In this document: piece after piece, positions 46,436-56,082 of the stretch
How positions within the stretch are numbered: the first letter of the stretch is position 1
Layout: each line of letters begins with the position of its first letter
Assembly (NCBI GenBank): GCA_965116735.1
Contig: OZ220712.1
Location: 2,369,680 to 2,433,679, forward strand
Reading direction: 5' to 3'
Length of the DNA stretch: 64,000 nucleotides
Source of the DNA: Thermodesulfobacteriota bacterium
GTDB lineage: Bacteria; Desulfobacterota; Binatia; UBA9968; JAJDTQ01
Program-made: the position numbers and the translations under genes
Notes under the pieces: model-generated
The model's input: only the letters and a program-made list of their open reading frames with translations
Told to the model about the DNA's origin: nothing
Database searches by the model: none

Positions 46436-47968
46436 ATGCGAAATCGTTTACGAACCACTGTCCTGGCGCTGTTCGTCGCGGGACTGGCCCTGTGCCTCGC
46501 CACCACGGCGTTGGCGCAGAAGAAGACGCGTATCAGCATCGGCACCACCGAGACCATGGAGACGCACAACCCGTACGGGGACAGCGTCGCCCTGCTCTAC
46601 GGCATCTACACCGAGCTGAGCGGCCCGCTGTGCAAGTTCGACTGGGAGAACGGCAAGTGGGTGCCGGGGCTGGCCAAGAGCTGGACCGTCGAGGACCCCA
46701 ACAACTGGGTCTTCGAGCTGGACCCGGGCTACACGTTCCAGGACGGCTCGCCGGTGACCGCGGACGACATCGTGCACTCCTTCTGGCGTGTGCTGAACGA
46801 CCCCCAGACCAAGCAGATCGCTTCGGTGGCCCGCCCGGTCAAGGAGGCCACCGCCATCAGCAAGCACAAGGTGCGGGTCACCACCAAGAAGCCCACCGCG
46901 CCGCTCCTGGACTTCCTCTGCGACGCGCTCATCATCACCAGCAAGAAGGTCTACGACAAGCACGGCGCCAGGACCGCGGACAGGAAGTTCCACTACGGCG
47001 GCGGCCCCTACGAGCTGGTGGAATTGGTGCCCGGACAGCGCATGGTCACCCGCAAGCGCCCCGATCACCCGGCCGCCAAGCTGAACCCCAAGGCGCCCGA
47101 CGAGATCGTGTTCCGGGTCATGCGCGAGGCCGAGCAGCGGGTGGCGGCGCTCTTGAACGACGAAGTGCAGATCGCGCAGCTCATTCCGCCGCATCTGTTC
47201 AAGACCGTGGACGGCTCCCCGAACCACAAGATCGTGAAAGTCGACTCCGTCGTGATCATGTTCCTGGCCATGCAGCCCAAGCCGCCCTTCGACAAGAAGG
47301 AAGTGCGCCAGGCCGTGTGTCACGCCATCGACCGGGACAAGATCATCAAGACCCTTCTCCAAGGGCAGGCGACACGGCTCGACGGGCCCCTGGGTCCCGG
47401 CCAGTTGGGGTACAACCCGAACCTGAAGACCCGTTACACCTACGACCCCAAGAAGTCGCGTGAGCTGCTGGCCAAGGCCGGCTACCCCGACGGAGGCGTC
47501 GAGGTGGAGTTGCAGACCCCTGTCGGCCGCTACGTCCTGGACAAGCAGGCGACCGAGGCCATGATCCCGATGCTCAACGCGGCGGGCTTCAAGGCCAAGC
47601 TGCGGACGCCGGAGTGGCCTACCCTGTGGGCCAACGTCCAGAAGGGCAAGGTGCCGTTCTTCTACATGGGCCGTGGCGGCGTCGTCGACCCGAGCTCCGC
47701 GTTCCACCAGTACTTCAGAAAGGGCGGCTCGCCGCGGATCGGCTACTCCCATCCCGACATCGATGCGGCCCTCGACGCGGAACAGCAGGAGTTCGATCCC
47801 GAGAAGCGGAATCAGCACCTCACCACCGCTATGGAGCTCATCACCGACCATGCGCCCGCCTGCTTCATGTGGCGGCAGCAGTTCCTGTGGGGCATGAGCA
47901 ACAAGATCGACTACCAGCCCCTTGCCGATTCCCGCATCTACGGCATGGACATCAGCGTGAACCCGTAA
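46436..47968 (+). CDS. ABC transporter substrate-binding protein, family 5 (DppA/OppA/NikA-like)
   Basis: GAAGGGAGAGG SD precedes ATG 46436. Signal peptide MRNRLRTTVLALFVAGLALCLATTALA is followed by an SBP_bac_5 body. Confidence 0.85.
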   Translation: MRNRLRTTVLALFVAGLALCLATTALAQKKTRISIGTTETMETHNPYGDSVALLYGIYTELSGPLCKFDWENGKWVPGLAKSWTVEDPNNWVFELDPGYTFQDGSPVTADDIVHSFWRVLNDPQTKQIASVARPVKEATAISKHKVRVTTKKPTAPLLDFLCDALIITSKKVYDKHGARTADRKFHYGGGPYELVELVPGQRMVTRKRPDHPAAKLNPKAPDEIVFRVMREAEQRVAALLNDEVQIAQLIPPHLFKTVDGSPNHKIVKVDSVVIMFLAMQPKPPFDKKEVRQAVCHAIDRDKIIKTLLQGQATRLDGPLGPGQLGYNPNLKTRYTYDPKKSRELLAKAGYPDGGVEVELQTPVGRYVLDKQATEAMIPMLNAAGFKAKLRTPEWPTLWANVQKGKVPFFYMGRGGVVDPSSAFHQYFRKGGSPRIGYSHPDIDAALDAEQQEFDPEKRNQHLTTAMELITDHAPACFMWRQQFLWGMSNKIDYQPLADSRIYGMDISVNP

Positions 47969-48083
47969 CGCCACGGGCTCACACGAGCGAAGATGAGGGG
48001 CATGCTTCCGAGATCGGAGGCATGCCCCTCTTGATTTGGGAACGGAGGGGCGGTTGCCGCAGGACCGGCGCCGACCCTCGCCA

Positions 48084-48248
48084 CTAGTGTGGTGTCTGGT
48101 TAATTCGCATAATAATATGCGGAGGATTTTTCGTCGTCGGCAAGGCGCGACGACGAGCAGTGGCGGGCACCACGCGAGGAAGAGCAACGCCGCCGACGGC
48201 GAAAAAGACCCGCAGATTATTGTGCGAATTAACCAGACACCACACTAG
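48084..48248. mobile_element. MITE-like nested palindromic element, copy 2 (165 bp)
   Basis: TIR-L CTAGTGTGGTGTCTGGTTAATTCGCATAATAAT and TIR-R ATTATTGTGCGAATTAACCAGACACCACACTAG, one mismatch. The core is about 95% identical to the copy at 20310..20474 but inverted. The TIR sequences differ between copies yet each is self-complementary. Confidence 0.6.
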
Positions 48249-48273
48249 AAGAGCACCAAGCAGGGAGGCCTTC

Positions 48274-49176
48274 ATGAAACCCCGATTCCGCGGCATCTTC
48301 ATTCCGACCCTCACCACCTTCCACGACGACGGCGAGGTGGACTTCGACGTGCTCGGCGAGATGCTGGAGTTCAACATCAGCGCCGGCGTCCACGGTCTGT
48401 TCGTGCTCGGCTCCACCGGCATGGGGCCGGCGATGACGACCGAACAACGCCTCGCCACGGCGGAATTCGTCATGGAGCGCGTGCGGGGCCGGCTGCCGGT
48501 CATCATGCACGCCGGCGCCGCCGACGTGCAGACCACCTGCCGGCTTGCCCAACACTCGCAGAACCTGGGCGTGGATGCCGTCGCCGTGGTGCCGCCGTAC
48601 TACTACACCGACCACACGCCGTGGGAGATTACCGCGCACTACAAGGCGGTGGCGGCCGCGGTCAACGGCACTCCGTTGTTCCTTTACGACAACGTCAAGT
48701 ACTCGGGATGGGCCTTTACGCCGGCCACGGCCAAGGCCCTGCAGCAGGAAGTGCCGTCGCTGTGCGGCATGAAGGCGAGCTACTACGCCCAGGGACCGCT
48801 GATGGGCTATCTGGAGGCCATGCCCGAGGACTTCGCGGTCATGTCGGGCAACAGCATCGATCTCCTGCCGGCCACGCCCCACGGGCTGAGCGGCGCCATC
48901 CCGCCCCTGACCAGCGCCATCCCCGAGATCTGCGTGGCGCTGTGGGAGGCCCTGGAGCGAAGAGACTACGAGCAGGCGATTCCGCTGCAGAAGAAGGCCG
49001 ACGACTTCGGCCGGACCATCGGCCGGCTGGGGCAGCGCTTCGGCCGCAGCGCCCATCGTGAAGCCATGCGGGCGCGGGGCTTCAGGATCCAGCGCTACCC
49101 GCGCTGGCCTTCCGAGGAGCTTACCGAGGAAGCGATGCAGACCGTCGCCGACGCCTTGAAGGCCACCGGCGTCTGA
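48274..49176 (+). CDS. Dihydrodipicolinate synthase-family lyase (DapA/NAL family)
   Basis: IPTLTTFHDDGEVD...GLFVLGSTGMG and the TIM-barrel DapA family. SD GGGAGG. Confidence 0.85.
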   Translation: MKPRFRGIFIPTLTTFHDDGEVDFDVLGEMLEFNISAGVHGLFVLGSTGMGPAMTTEQRLATAEFVMERVRGRLPVIMHAGAADVQTTCRLAQHSQNLGVDAVAVVPPYYYTDHTPWEITAHYKAVAAAVNGTPLFLYDNVKYSGWAFTPATAKALQQEVPSLCGMKASYYAQGPLMGYLEAMPEDFAVMSGNSIDLLPATPHGLSGAIPPLTSAIPEICVALWEALERRDYEQAIPLQKKADDFGRTIGRLGQRFGRSAHREAMRARGFRIQRYPRWPSEELTEEAMQTVADALKATGV

Positions 49177-49197
49177 CGGCCCGCGCGACGAGCAAAC

Positions 49198-49629
49198 TCA
49201 GGCCTTCTTTTCGGCGGGGGCGGCCTTCGGCGGCTCGAGGTCCCAGCCCTGGGTGGACATGTCCATGATGATACCGTGAGGACCCCGCACCTTCTGCTCG
49301 AAGTAGAAGCTGTGGTGCGAGCCCACGGTGTCGCCGAGCAGTTCCGCCTCCGTCCCCTCCAGCCGTGTTTTGGCCTCCTTGAGGTCGTCCACCTGGAACC
49401 CCATGTGATGGAGCCCCTCGTAGCTGGCCCCTCCCACCATGTCCGCGGCCTCGTCGGAAGGATAGTTCAGGAAAGCGAAGTTGATGTGCCCGTCGGAGAG
49501 GAAGACGCCCCCGCCACGAGGCGAGTCCGGCACCTTCTTGACGAACTTGAGACCGAACACCTTCTGGTAGAACGCGGCGGTCTTTTCCGGGTCCTTGGTG
49601 GCGATGGCGATATGCCTCAATCGTGCCAT
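49198..49629 (-). CDS. VOC-family protein (glyoxalase/bleomycin-resistance fold)
   Basis: MARLRHIAIATKDPEKTAAFY... SD AAGGAGAGG. Confidence 0.8.
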   Translation of the reverse strand: MARLRHIAIATKDPEKTAAFYQKVFGLKFVKKVPDSPRGGGVFLSDGHINFAFLNYPSDEAADMVGGASYEGLHHMGFQVDDLKEAKTRLEGTEAELLGDTVGSHHSFYFEQKVRGPHGIIMDMSTQGWDLEPPKAAPAEKKA

Positions 49630-49678
49630 GGTTCCTCTCCTTCTCTTTCGTGCGTGTTTTCGACTGAACCGGACGCGG

Positions 49679-50389
49679 TCACTCGACGGCCTCCATGGCC
49701 CGGGCGATGCCGCCGAGAAACACCTGCCAGAACTCCAGCGACTGCCGCGCGGCTTCGAGAATGCCCTCCCACTCGACATCCGTCGTGGCGTAGTTGGCCA
49801 ACAGCTCCATGGTCTGGCCCTTGTGGTCGGTATCGGCCTCGCGGTGCAGCTTGAAATTGGGAAGTTGCTCCAAGGTCAGCCCGAGGTCCTTTGTCCAGCG
49901 CTCCTGGGCGCGGGTCTGGTGCGCCCCGCCGGGAATGATGGGGTCGAGGTTGACCCGCTCCAGCACCGCCACGCCGCCGAGCCCTTCCAGCCACGACAGG
50001 TTGAAGGCCAGCCAGCTCCAGCCGCAGATGGCTGCCCGGGTGGTGGGCAGCGGCTGCGCGTGGTGCACCTCGTCGGCGCTGAGGCCCACGGCCTCGCCGT
50101 GCCGCACCCACAGGGTGTAGTGGTCCGAGCCGCAACGCGGGTCGAACAGCATCTCCTCGGTCTCGTGAGCGAGGAGTTCCTTCTTGACCTCCATGTGCGG
50201 ACAGCGCGCGATCAGGTAGGCCCAGGCCGAGCGCCTCCCGCGCACGAACAGCCCGAACTGCCGCGCGATGATCTGCGCCCGCCGCGGAGTCAGCCGCATG
50301 TCGTAGAACTCCTGGACCTCGGGTTCGGCGAACGTGTCCCGTGTCAACTGGTTCAGTGACTCGTCGTACCGTGCTACCGTCGCATCCAT
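49679..50389 (-). CDS. Heme-oxygenase-like diiron oxidase (HDO), CADD/PqqC/TenA-like, paralog 1
   Basis: HREADTDH is an HxxxDxxH diiron motif, with the helix LLAHETEEMLFD. SD AAAGGAG. Confidence 0.7.
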   Translation of the reverse strand: MDATVARYDESLNQLTRDTFAEPEVQEFYDMRLTPRRAQIIARQFGLFVRGRRSAWAYLIARCPHMEVKKELLAHETEEMLFDPRCGSDHYTLWVRHGEAVGLSADEVHHAQPLPTTRAAICGWSWLAFNLSWLEGLGGVAVLERVNLDPIIPGGAHQTRAQERWTKDLGLTLEQLPNFKLHREADTDHKGQTMELLANYATTDVEWEGILEAARQSLEFWQVFLGGIARAMEAVE

Positions 50390-50402
50390 CCCGTTGCTCC
50401 TT

Positions 50403-51119
50403 TCAGCCGTCCACCGGTATGCGCTCCATGGCCTCCAGCACGCCGGCGCGATAGATGGTCATGAGTTCCATGGATTCCCTGACGGCGCGCAGCGCCTCCT
50501 CCTGCAACGGCCCGGTGGCGTGCTTCTCGAGATCGGGCAGGAACATGTCGCTGTGCTCCTCGTCGGCCTGGGAGTGGACGTCGAAGTTGGGCATCTCCTT
50601 CATCTTGAAGCCCATGTCCTCGCTCCAGCGCCGGCCCATGCGGGTGGAGTGGCCGCCGCCGTGGTCTCCCAGCAGGCGGTCGTCGTTGCACCACTCGGTC
50701 ACCGTCAGCGCCGCCAGCCCCTCCAGCCAGGGCTTCTCGCGGGTGATCCAGCCCCAGGCGTAGAGCACCGCGCGGGTGGTGGGAAGGGGGTCGGCGTTCA
50801 GGATGTCCTCCGGCTGGAGTCCCACCGTCTTGCCCTGGTTGAGGATCAGGGTGATGTGGCCGTGCTCGCTGAACTCGTCCTTGATCACCTCGCCGTACTC
50901 GTGCTGCAGGATCTTCTGCTTCACCGACCAGACCGGGCAGTTCCCGGACACGTGCGCCCAGCAATCGCGGCGGTGGCGTATGAAATGGGCCAGTTCCCGG
51001 ACGATCACCTGGGCGCGCAACGGCGTCTGCTTCAGGTCGAAGTAACGGGTAACGACATCGGAAGCCGAATGCTCCCGCACGATATCGCCGATGGCTTTGC
51101 GCCACTCGTGAACTTCCAT
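50403..51119 (-). CDS. Heme-oxygenase-like diiron oxidase (HDO), CADD-like, paralog 2
   Basis: HSQADEEH motif (HxxxDxxH) with ILQHEYGEVIKDEF. Overall collinear with Chlamydia CADD. SD AGGAGGG. Confidence 0.7.
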   Translation of the reverse strand: MEVHEWRKAIGDIVREHSASDVVTRYFDLKQTPLRAQVIVRELAHFIRHRRDCWAHVSGNCPVWSVKQKILQHEYGEVIKDEFSEHGHITLILNQGKTVGLQPEDILNADPLPTTRAVLYAWGWITREKPWLEGLAALTVTEWCNDDRLLGDHGGGHSTRMGRRWSEDMGFKMKEMPNFDVHSQADEEHSDMFLPDLEKHATGPLQEEALRAVRESMELMTIYRAGVLEAMERIPVDG

Positions 51120-51161
51120 GCTCGATCCCTCCTGACCCGTCTCGCCGAAGCGCGACGCGAA

Positions 51162-52727
51162 TCAAAACCCGATGGCACAGCCGTCCTTGCGCGGATCCGA
51201 CCCGCCCATGAGCACGCCGGTCTCCGGCTCGATGGCGACGGCGTGGGCGCCGCCGAAACTCTCGGGCGTCGCCGACACCACGCGGTGGCCGCGCGCATCC
51301 AAGCCGCTTAGGGTGCCGGACGCAACGCCCGGCTCCAGCGCCACCTCCAGCCCCGACAGGTGGTTGAACCGCGGCGCCGCCAGCGCCTCCTGCGCGTCCA
51401 TGCCGAAATCCACCACGTTGGCGATGATCTGGGCCTGCACCTGGGCCTGCACGTGACCGCCCTTGAGCCCCACCACCAGCACCGGCCGCCCGTCCCGGCA
51501 CACCATCCCCGGCATCAGCGTGTGGCTGCAACGCTTGTGGGGGCCGAGGCAGTTGGGGTGCCCTTCGTCGAGACAGAACATGTGGCCGCGGTTCTGGAGC
51601 ACGATGCCGGTATCCTCCACCGCCACGCCCGAGCCGAAGCCCATGAACAGGCTCTGGATGAACGAGACCCGGTTGCCTTGGCCGTCGGCCACGGCCACGT
51701 ACTCGGTGTCCCCACCCAGCGGGGCCGCGTCCACGCGCGCCGCCGCCTCCTCCATGGCGATACCGGCCCGGAGCGCGCCGATGCGCGCCTCGGCCGCCAG
51801 GTCCCGCCAGCTCACGGTCATGCTGTCGCGGTCGGCGAGGTAGAGCTCGCGGTCGGCAAAGGCGCGCTTCTTGGCTTCGATGAAGAGGTGGAGGTGGTCA
51901 GCGCCGTTGTGTTCCAGGGAGCCCAGGTCGTAGCCCTCCAGGATGCCGAGCATCTCGAGCGCCACGAACCCTTGCGTGGCCGGCGGCAACTGGTACACCT
52001 CGTGGCCGCGGTAGGACGCGTGGATGGGTTCCACCCACTCCGAGGCGTGCTCCTCCATGTCCCGCGGGCTGAACGCCCCGCCCAGCTTCGTGGAGCAGCG
52101 CACGAACTTCTCCGCCACCTCGCCGCGGTAGAAGTATTCGGCGCCGCCCTCGGCGATGCCGCGCAGCGTGCGGGCGAGATCCGGCTGCCGGAAGATCTCT
52201 CCCGGCCGCGGCGCGCGTCCGTCCACCAGGTAGGCCTCGGCCGCTTCCCGGTTCTTTCGGAGCTTGCCCTCCAGGCCGCGCCACTCCTCGCTGGTGAAGG
52301 CGCTCACCGGAAAGCCTTCCTCGGCATAGCGGATGGCGGGCTCCAGGACCGCCGCCAGCGTGCGCGTGCCGTGAGCCGCGAGCAACGTCTCCCACCCGTG
52401 CACCGCGCCGGGCACCGTCACCGAATGGATCCCGGTCTGCGGCACCACGTCCAGGCCCTGCTTCCGGAAAGCCGTGGCATCGGCGCCGTAGGGGGACCGG
52501 CCGCTGGCGTCCAGGGCCTTCATCTCACCGGTCTCGGCGATGTAGAGGAGCGCGAAGGCGTCGCCGCCGACGCCGATGGACATGGGTTCCAGCACCCCCA
52601 GCATGGCCGCGGCGGCAACCGCCGCATCCACGGCATTGCCGCCCTCGGACAGGACCTGGACGCCCACCAGCGAAGCGAGGCGCTGGCTACAGGCGACCAT
52701 CCCATTCCTGCCCATCACTGTACCCAT
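51162..52727 (-). CDS. ggt: Gamma-glutamyltransferase
   Basis: GGNAVDAAVAAAAML...GVGGDAF and a C-terminal Thr nucleophile region, typical of GGT. Confidence 0.9.
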   Translation of the reverse strand: MGTVMGRNGMVACSQRLASLVGVQVLSEGGNAVDAAVAAAAMLGVLEPMSIGVGGDAFALLYIAETGEMKALDASGRSPYGADATAFRKQGLDVVPQTGIHSVTVPGAVHGWETLLAAHGTRTLAAVLEPAIRYAEEGFPVSAFTSEEWRGLEGKLRKNREAAEAYLVDGRAPRPGEIFRQPDLARTLRGIAEGGAEYFYRGEVAEKFVRCSTKLGGAFSPRDMEEHASEWVEPIHASYRGHEVYQLPPATQGFVALEMLGILEGYDLGSLEHNGADHLHLFIEAKKRAFADRELYLADRDSMTVSWRDLAAEARIGALRAGIAMEEAAARVDAAPLGGDTEYVAVADGQGNRVSFIQSLFMGFGSGVAVEDTGIVLQNRGHMFCLDEGHPNCLGPHKRCSHTLMPGMVCRDGRPVLVVGLKGGHVQAQVQAQIIANVVDFGMDAQEALAAPRFNHLSGLEVALEPGVASGTLSGLDARGHRVVSATPESFGGAHAVAIEPETGVLMGGSDPRKDGCAIGF

Positions 52728-52767
52728 GATGCTCCTGAAAGCCCGTTCCGAGCGCGGTCGCGCGCCC

Positions 52768-53466
52768 TCAAGCCGCCCGGTCCTCCGGCACCTCCATCAT
52801 CGCCGACCCCAGCGCTCCCCGGTACGCCCGATCCAGCGCCAGGCAGTCCCGCGCCGCCCGGATGATGAGGGCGCCGGTGTCGGCGTCGCGCACGTACTTC
52901 TCGAACACCGGGTCGAACATGTCCGAGTGGCCGATGTCCGCGGTCATGTGGAGCTGGGTGTTGGCGTCGAGCTTCTCCACCGAGCCGACGATCTCACGCG
53001 CCTTCTTCATGGCCATGCGGTGGGTGAAGCCGCCGCCCTTGACGATCTCGTTGTTGTTCTTGCGTTCGGTGGTGTGGTTGACCATCAGCGCCTCGATCCA
53101 CGAGCGCGTGGAGCACAGGTGGAACCACGCCCAGAACGCCGCCCGCGCCCCCGGCAGAAGGGTGGCCTCGTCCGCGGCCGCGGCCATGTCCTCGTCGGTC
53201 AGGTGCGCCGCGCCCAGCCGCTCGTCGAAGATCAGCTCGTCCTTCTCATGCTCCCAGACGGCCCGCTTCACGTCCAGCGGCGCCTTGGCCCCGGCCACCG
53301 CCCAGCAGTCGCGCCGGCTCTTGATGTAGTGGGGGTAGTGGAGATCGAGAACGGCCTGACGCGCCGGGGTGAGGCGGACGCCGAAGATGCGCCGGTATTC
53401 CGCGCTCTCGAAATGCCGGTTGACCATGTCGTCGACGACGGTGCGCGCTTTCGTCCACTCGCTCAT
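52768..53466 (-). CDS. Heme-oxygenase-like diiron oxidase (HDO), CADD-like, paralog 3
   Basis: HMTADIGH motif (HxxxDxxH) with AVWEHEKDELIFDE. SD GGAGG. Confidence 0.7.
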   Translation of the reverse strand: MSEWTKARTVVDDMVNRHFESAEYRRIFGVRLTPARQAVLDLHYPHYIKSRRDCWAVAGAKAPLDVKRAVWEHEKDELIFDERLGAAHLTDEDMAAAADEATLLPGARAAFWAWFHLCSTRSWIEALMVNHTTERKNNNEIVKGGGFTHRMAMKKAREIVGSVEKLDANTQLHMTADIGHSDMFDPVFEKYVRDADTGALIIRAARDCLALDRAYRGALGSAMMEVPEDRAA

Positions 53467-53508
53467 GGGTACCTCCGATTCGGATGGATCCGCCGGCGTG
53501 GACCCGCG

Positions 53509-53538
53509 GCACGGGCGGGTTTGAAACCCGCCCCTACG
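53509..53538. repeat. 30-nt palindromic intergenic element, copy 2
   Basis: Identical to 37854..37883. It lies in the leader region upstream of HDO paralog 3. Confidence 0.5.
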
Positions 53539-53567
53539 TCCAGGGCTCGCACGCTGCCGTTGCCGGT

Positions 53568-53906
53568 TCAGACGGGCCAGCCGTGCTCGGACACGTCCAC
53601 CCGGTTCTCCTCCGGATCGGTGATCCAGCTCTCCGCGACGGCGCCGTAGGTGTTGGCGTTGGCGGTGGCCTTCACGGACTCCTCGACGGCCTTGACGCTG
53701 TCCACGACGAATCCGAAGTGGTGGATTCCGTAGGGCAGGTTCGGGCTGCTGATCAGCGCCACGTCGACGTGCCCGTCGGAGAGGTAGATGGTGCCGTTGG
53801 GTCCCCGGCTCTTCTCCTCCAGACCGAAGTGCTCCTTGTAGTAGTCCGCCACCTTGTCGCGGTCGTGGGTGTTGATGGCGATGTGTCGTATCCTGGGCCG
53901 TGCCAT
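53568..53906 (-). CDS. Small VOC-family protein
   Basis: MARPRIRHIAINTHDRDKVADYY... SD GGAAGGAGA. Confidence 0.8.
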   Translation of the reverse strand: MARPRIRHIAINTHDRDKVADYYKEHFGLEEKSRGPNGTIYLSDGHVDVALISSPNLPYGIHHFGFVVDSVKAVEESVKATANANTYGAVAESWITDPEENRVDVSEHGWPV

Positions 53907-53946
53907 GGGTATTCTCCTTCCTGACGGATCGCCTCGGGAGGCGTTG

Positions 53947-54969
53947 TCAGTTTCCGATAATGTTCCTGAGCTTGACCTTGACCGCGGGCGAGGTGGACAG
54001 CACGCGCTTGACCTGGGCCGCCACGTCGTCCGCCGAGACGTAGTCGATGACCATCCTCGTCTTCTTGGCGAGGGCCAGGAACTCCGGGTCTTCCAGCGTC
54101 GCCTTGAAGGCCCGGCGCAGCACCTCGACGCGGTCGGCGGGGGTCTTGGGCGGCGCGGCGAACGGGCGGAAGAAGCGGTACTGGGCCATCCACGCGTTGA
54201 ACGCCTCCATGTCCTCGGCGGCCTTGATGAAGTCGGTGTACTTGGGCAGGCCCTTCACGCGCGGGTCGTCGGAGTCGCCCTGTATGAGCACCGGGATCAG
54301 CCGGCCGTCGCCCTTGGCGTTGAGCATGTCACGGGCGGTGATCTTCATGGACACCCACTGCCAGCAGGCGCCGTCCACCTCCCTCCGGGTCATGGCGGCG
54401 CGAATGCCCGCCGTGCCCTGGTAGCCGGGCACCAGCTTCACGTTGGCGCCGATCAACTGCTTGAGGATCCTGGGCTGCTCGCGGGTGCTGCTGCCGGCCG
54501 CCCCCATGGTAATGGGCTTCTTCGACGTCACCAGGTCCTGGAGCTTCTTGACGCCGCTGAAGCCCATGAACGCGCACACCGGCATGCCCACGCTGGGCGC
54601 CCCGATCCAGTGGAACTTGCCGGCGTCGAACTTGATCCCCTCGGTGCCCATGGTCTGTTCCATGACCAGGCCGCTGATGAGCATGGCGAAGGTCAACCCG
54701 TCGGGTTTGGCGACGTTGTAGAGGTAGTTGGCGGCGATGAGGCTGCCGGCCCCCGGCATGTTCTGGACGATGAGGTTGGGCTTGCCCGGCAGGTGCTTGG
54801 GCATGTGGCGCGCGATGGCGCGCGCGTAGGTGTCGTAGCCGCCGCCCGGAGACGTGCCGACGATGAGCCGCAACGTCTTGCCGGTGTAGTCCGGCGCCGC
54901 GTGAGCCGAGGAGAGCCAGCACAACGAAGCGGCGACTACCAGACAACCGAGGGTTCCGATCCTGTTCAT
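53947..54969 (-). CDS. TctC (Bug-family) tripartite tricarboxylate transporter substrate-binding protein
   Basis: SD GGAGGAG precedes the ATG at 54969. Signal peptide followed by the TSPGGGYDTYAR motif. Confidence 0.85.
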   Translation of the reverse strand: MNRIGTLGCLVVAASLCWLSSAHAAPDYTGKTLRLIVGTSPGGGYDTYARAIARHMPKHLPGKPNLIVQNMPGAGSLIAANYLYNVAKPDGLTFAMLISGLVMEQTMGTEGIKFDAGKFHWIGAPSVGMPVCAFMGFSGVKKLQDLVTSKKPITMGAAGSSTREQPRILKQLIGANVKLVPGYQGTAGIRAAMTRREVDGACWQWVSMKITARDMLNAKGDGRLIPVLIQGDSDDPRVKGLPKYTDFIKAAEDMEAFNAWMAQYRFFRPFAAPPKTPADRVEVLRRAFKATLEDPEFLALAKKTRMVIDYVSADDVAAQVKRVLSTSPAVKVKLRNIIGN

Positions 54970-55164
54970 GAGAGCTCCTCCCCACGCGTTGCAGCGCCGC
55001 AAGGTACAAGGCGGCGCATAGCCTGTTTTCCGGTCTCCCTCCCATTTACTCCCCTTCGGTGTTGCGGTTCAACCCTGGCGGGCGGCCGGGAGTTCGCGCC
55101 GCCGGGACGGCTGGTGTATAGGATCAGGGGCTCGTGACCCCCATCGATCTCAAGGGAGGGAGAC

Positions 55165-56082
55165 ATGGACAAGATACATTTCCCCTACCGATCCGGCAGC
55201 CATCTCGCGTTCCTGCACGTGGCGGCGGAGTCCGGCTCCTGGGAGAGACACGGTCTGGACGTGGAGTACGACGTCTACATCAGCTCGGAGGATGCCCACA
55301 AGCATGTGGCCGACGGCAGCGTGGAGTTCGTCGGCGGCAACCACGTCTCCACCTACGGCGCGCGCACGCGCGGCGACCAGTGGCTCTACCTGGGGCAGAC
55401 CGTGAGCCTTCTCGACCACCGGCTCGTGGTGAGGGCCGACTCGGGTATCGAGGGTCTACCCGATCTCAAGGAGAAGGTGGTGGCCACGCGCGGCAACCAC
55501 CCGGGCCTCAACACCTGGCTGTTCCTGAAGCAGAACGGGCTCGACCAGGACCGCGGCGACGTAACGCTCGAAACGATTCGCGGCGCCGCCACCTGGGAGG
55601 CGGTGCGGGACGGCAAGGCCGACGCGGCGCTGGTCAGCCCGCCGGCCGACGTCTTCGCGGAGCGCGCCGGCCTCCGTGTCATCGCCGTGGACCCGCTGCC
55701 CATGGTCTGGTTCACCACCATGTCCAGCGGACGAAAGTTCGTGGACGCCCATCCCGACATCGTCGAACGCTTCCTCAAGGGAGCGTGCCAGGGCATTGCC
55801 TACTTCAAGACCCACCGGCAGGAGTCCATCCGCATCATACAGGAAAAGCACAAGGCCGAAGGGGAACTGGACCTCGAGGCGGCGACCCGCCTGTGGGAGA
55901 GCCTGTCGAAGATCCTGAGCCCGAAGCCCTATGCCTCGTTCCAGGCCGTGGGCAACGTCTACGAACTGGCCAAGCGCAAGGACCCGGCGGCCGCGGAGGT
56001 CGAGCCCACATCCCTGTGGGACTATCACCACCTGCGCCGGATCGACGACAGCGGCTTCATCGACAGCCTGTACCAAACGTGA
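55165..56082 (+). CDS. NMT1/THI5-like substrate-binding-domain protein
   Basis: SD AAGGGAGGGAGAC. SsuA/NMT1-like fold motifs. No signal peptide. Confidence 0.65.
   Translation: MDKIHFPYRSGSHLAFLHVAAESGSWERHGLDVEYDVYISSEDAHKHVADGSVEFVGGNHVSTYGARTRGDQWLYLGQTVSLLDHRLVVRADSGIEGLPDLKEKVVATRGNHPGLNTWLFLKQNGLDQDRGDVTLETIRGAATWEAVRDGKADAALVSPPADVFAERAGLRVIAVDPLPMVWFTTMSSGRKFVDAHPDIVERFLKGACQGIAYFKTHRQESIRIIQEKHKAEGELDLEAATRLWESLSKILSPKPYASFQAVGNVYELAKRKDPAAAEVEPTSLWDYHHLRRIDDSGFIDSLYQT

Noticed and set aside
46448-48187. 579-aa minus-strand ORF antisense to the family-5 SBP gene
   Set aside because: Antisense artefact. It also runs into the MITE-like element.
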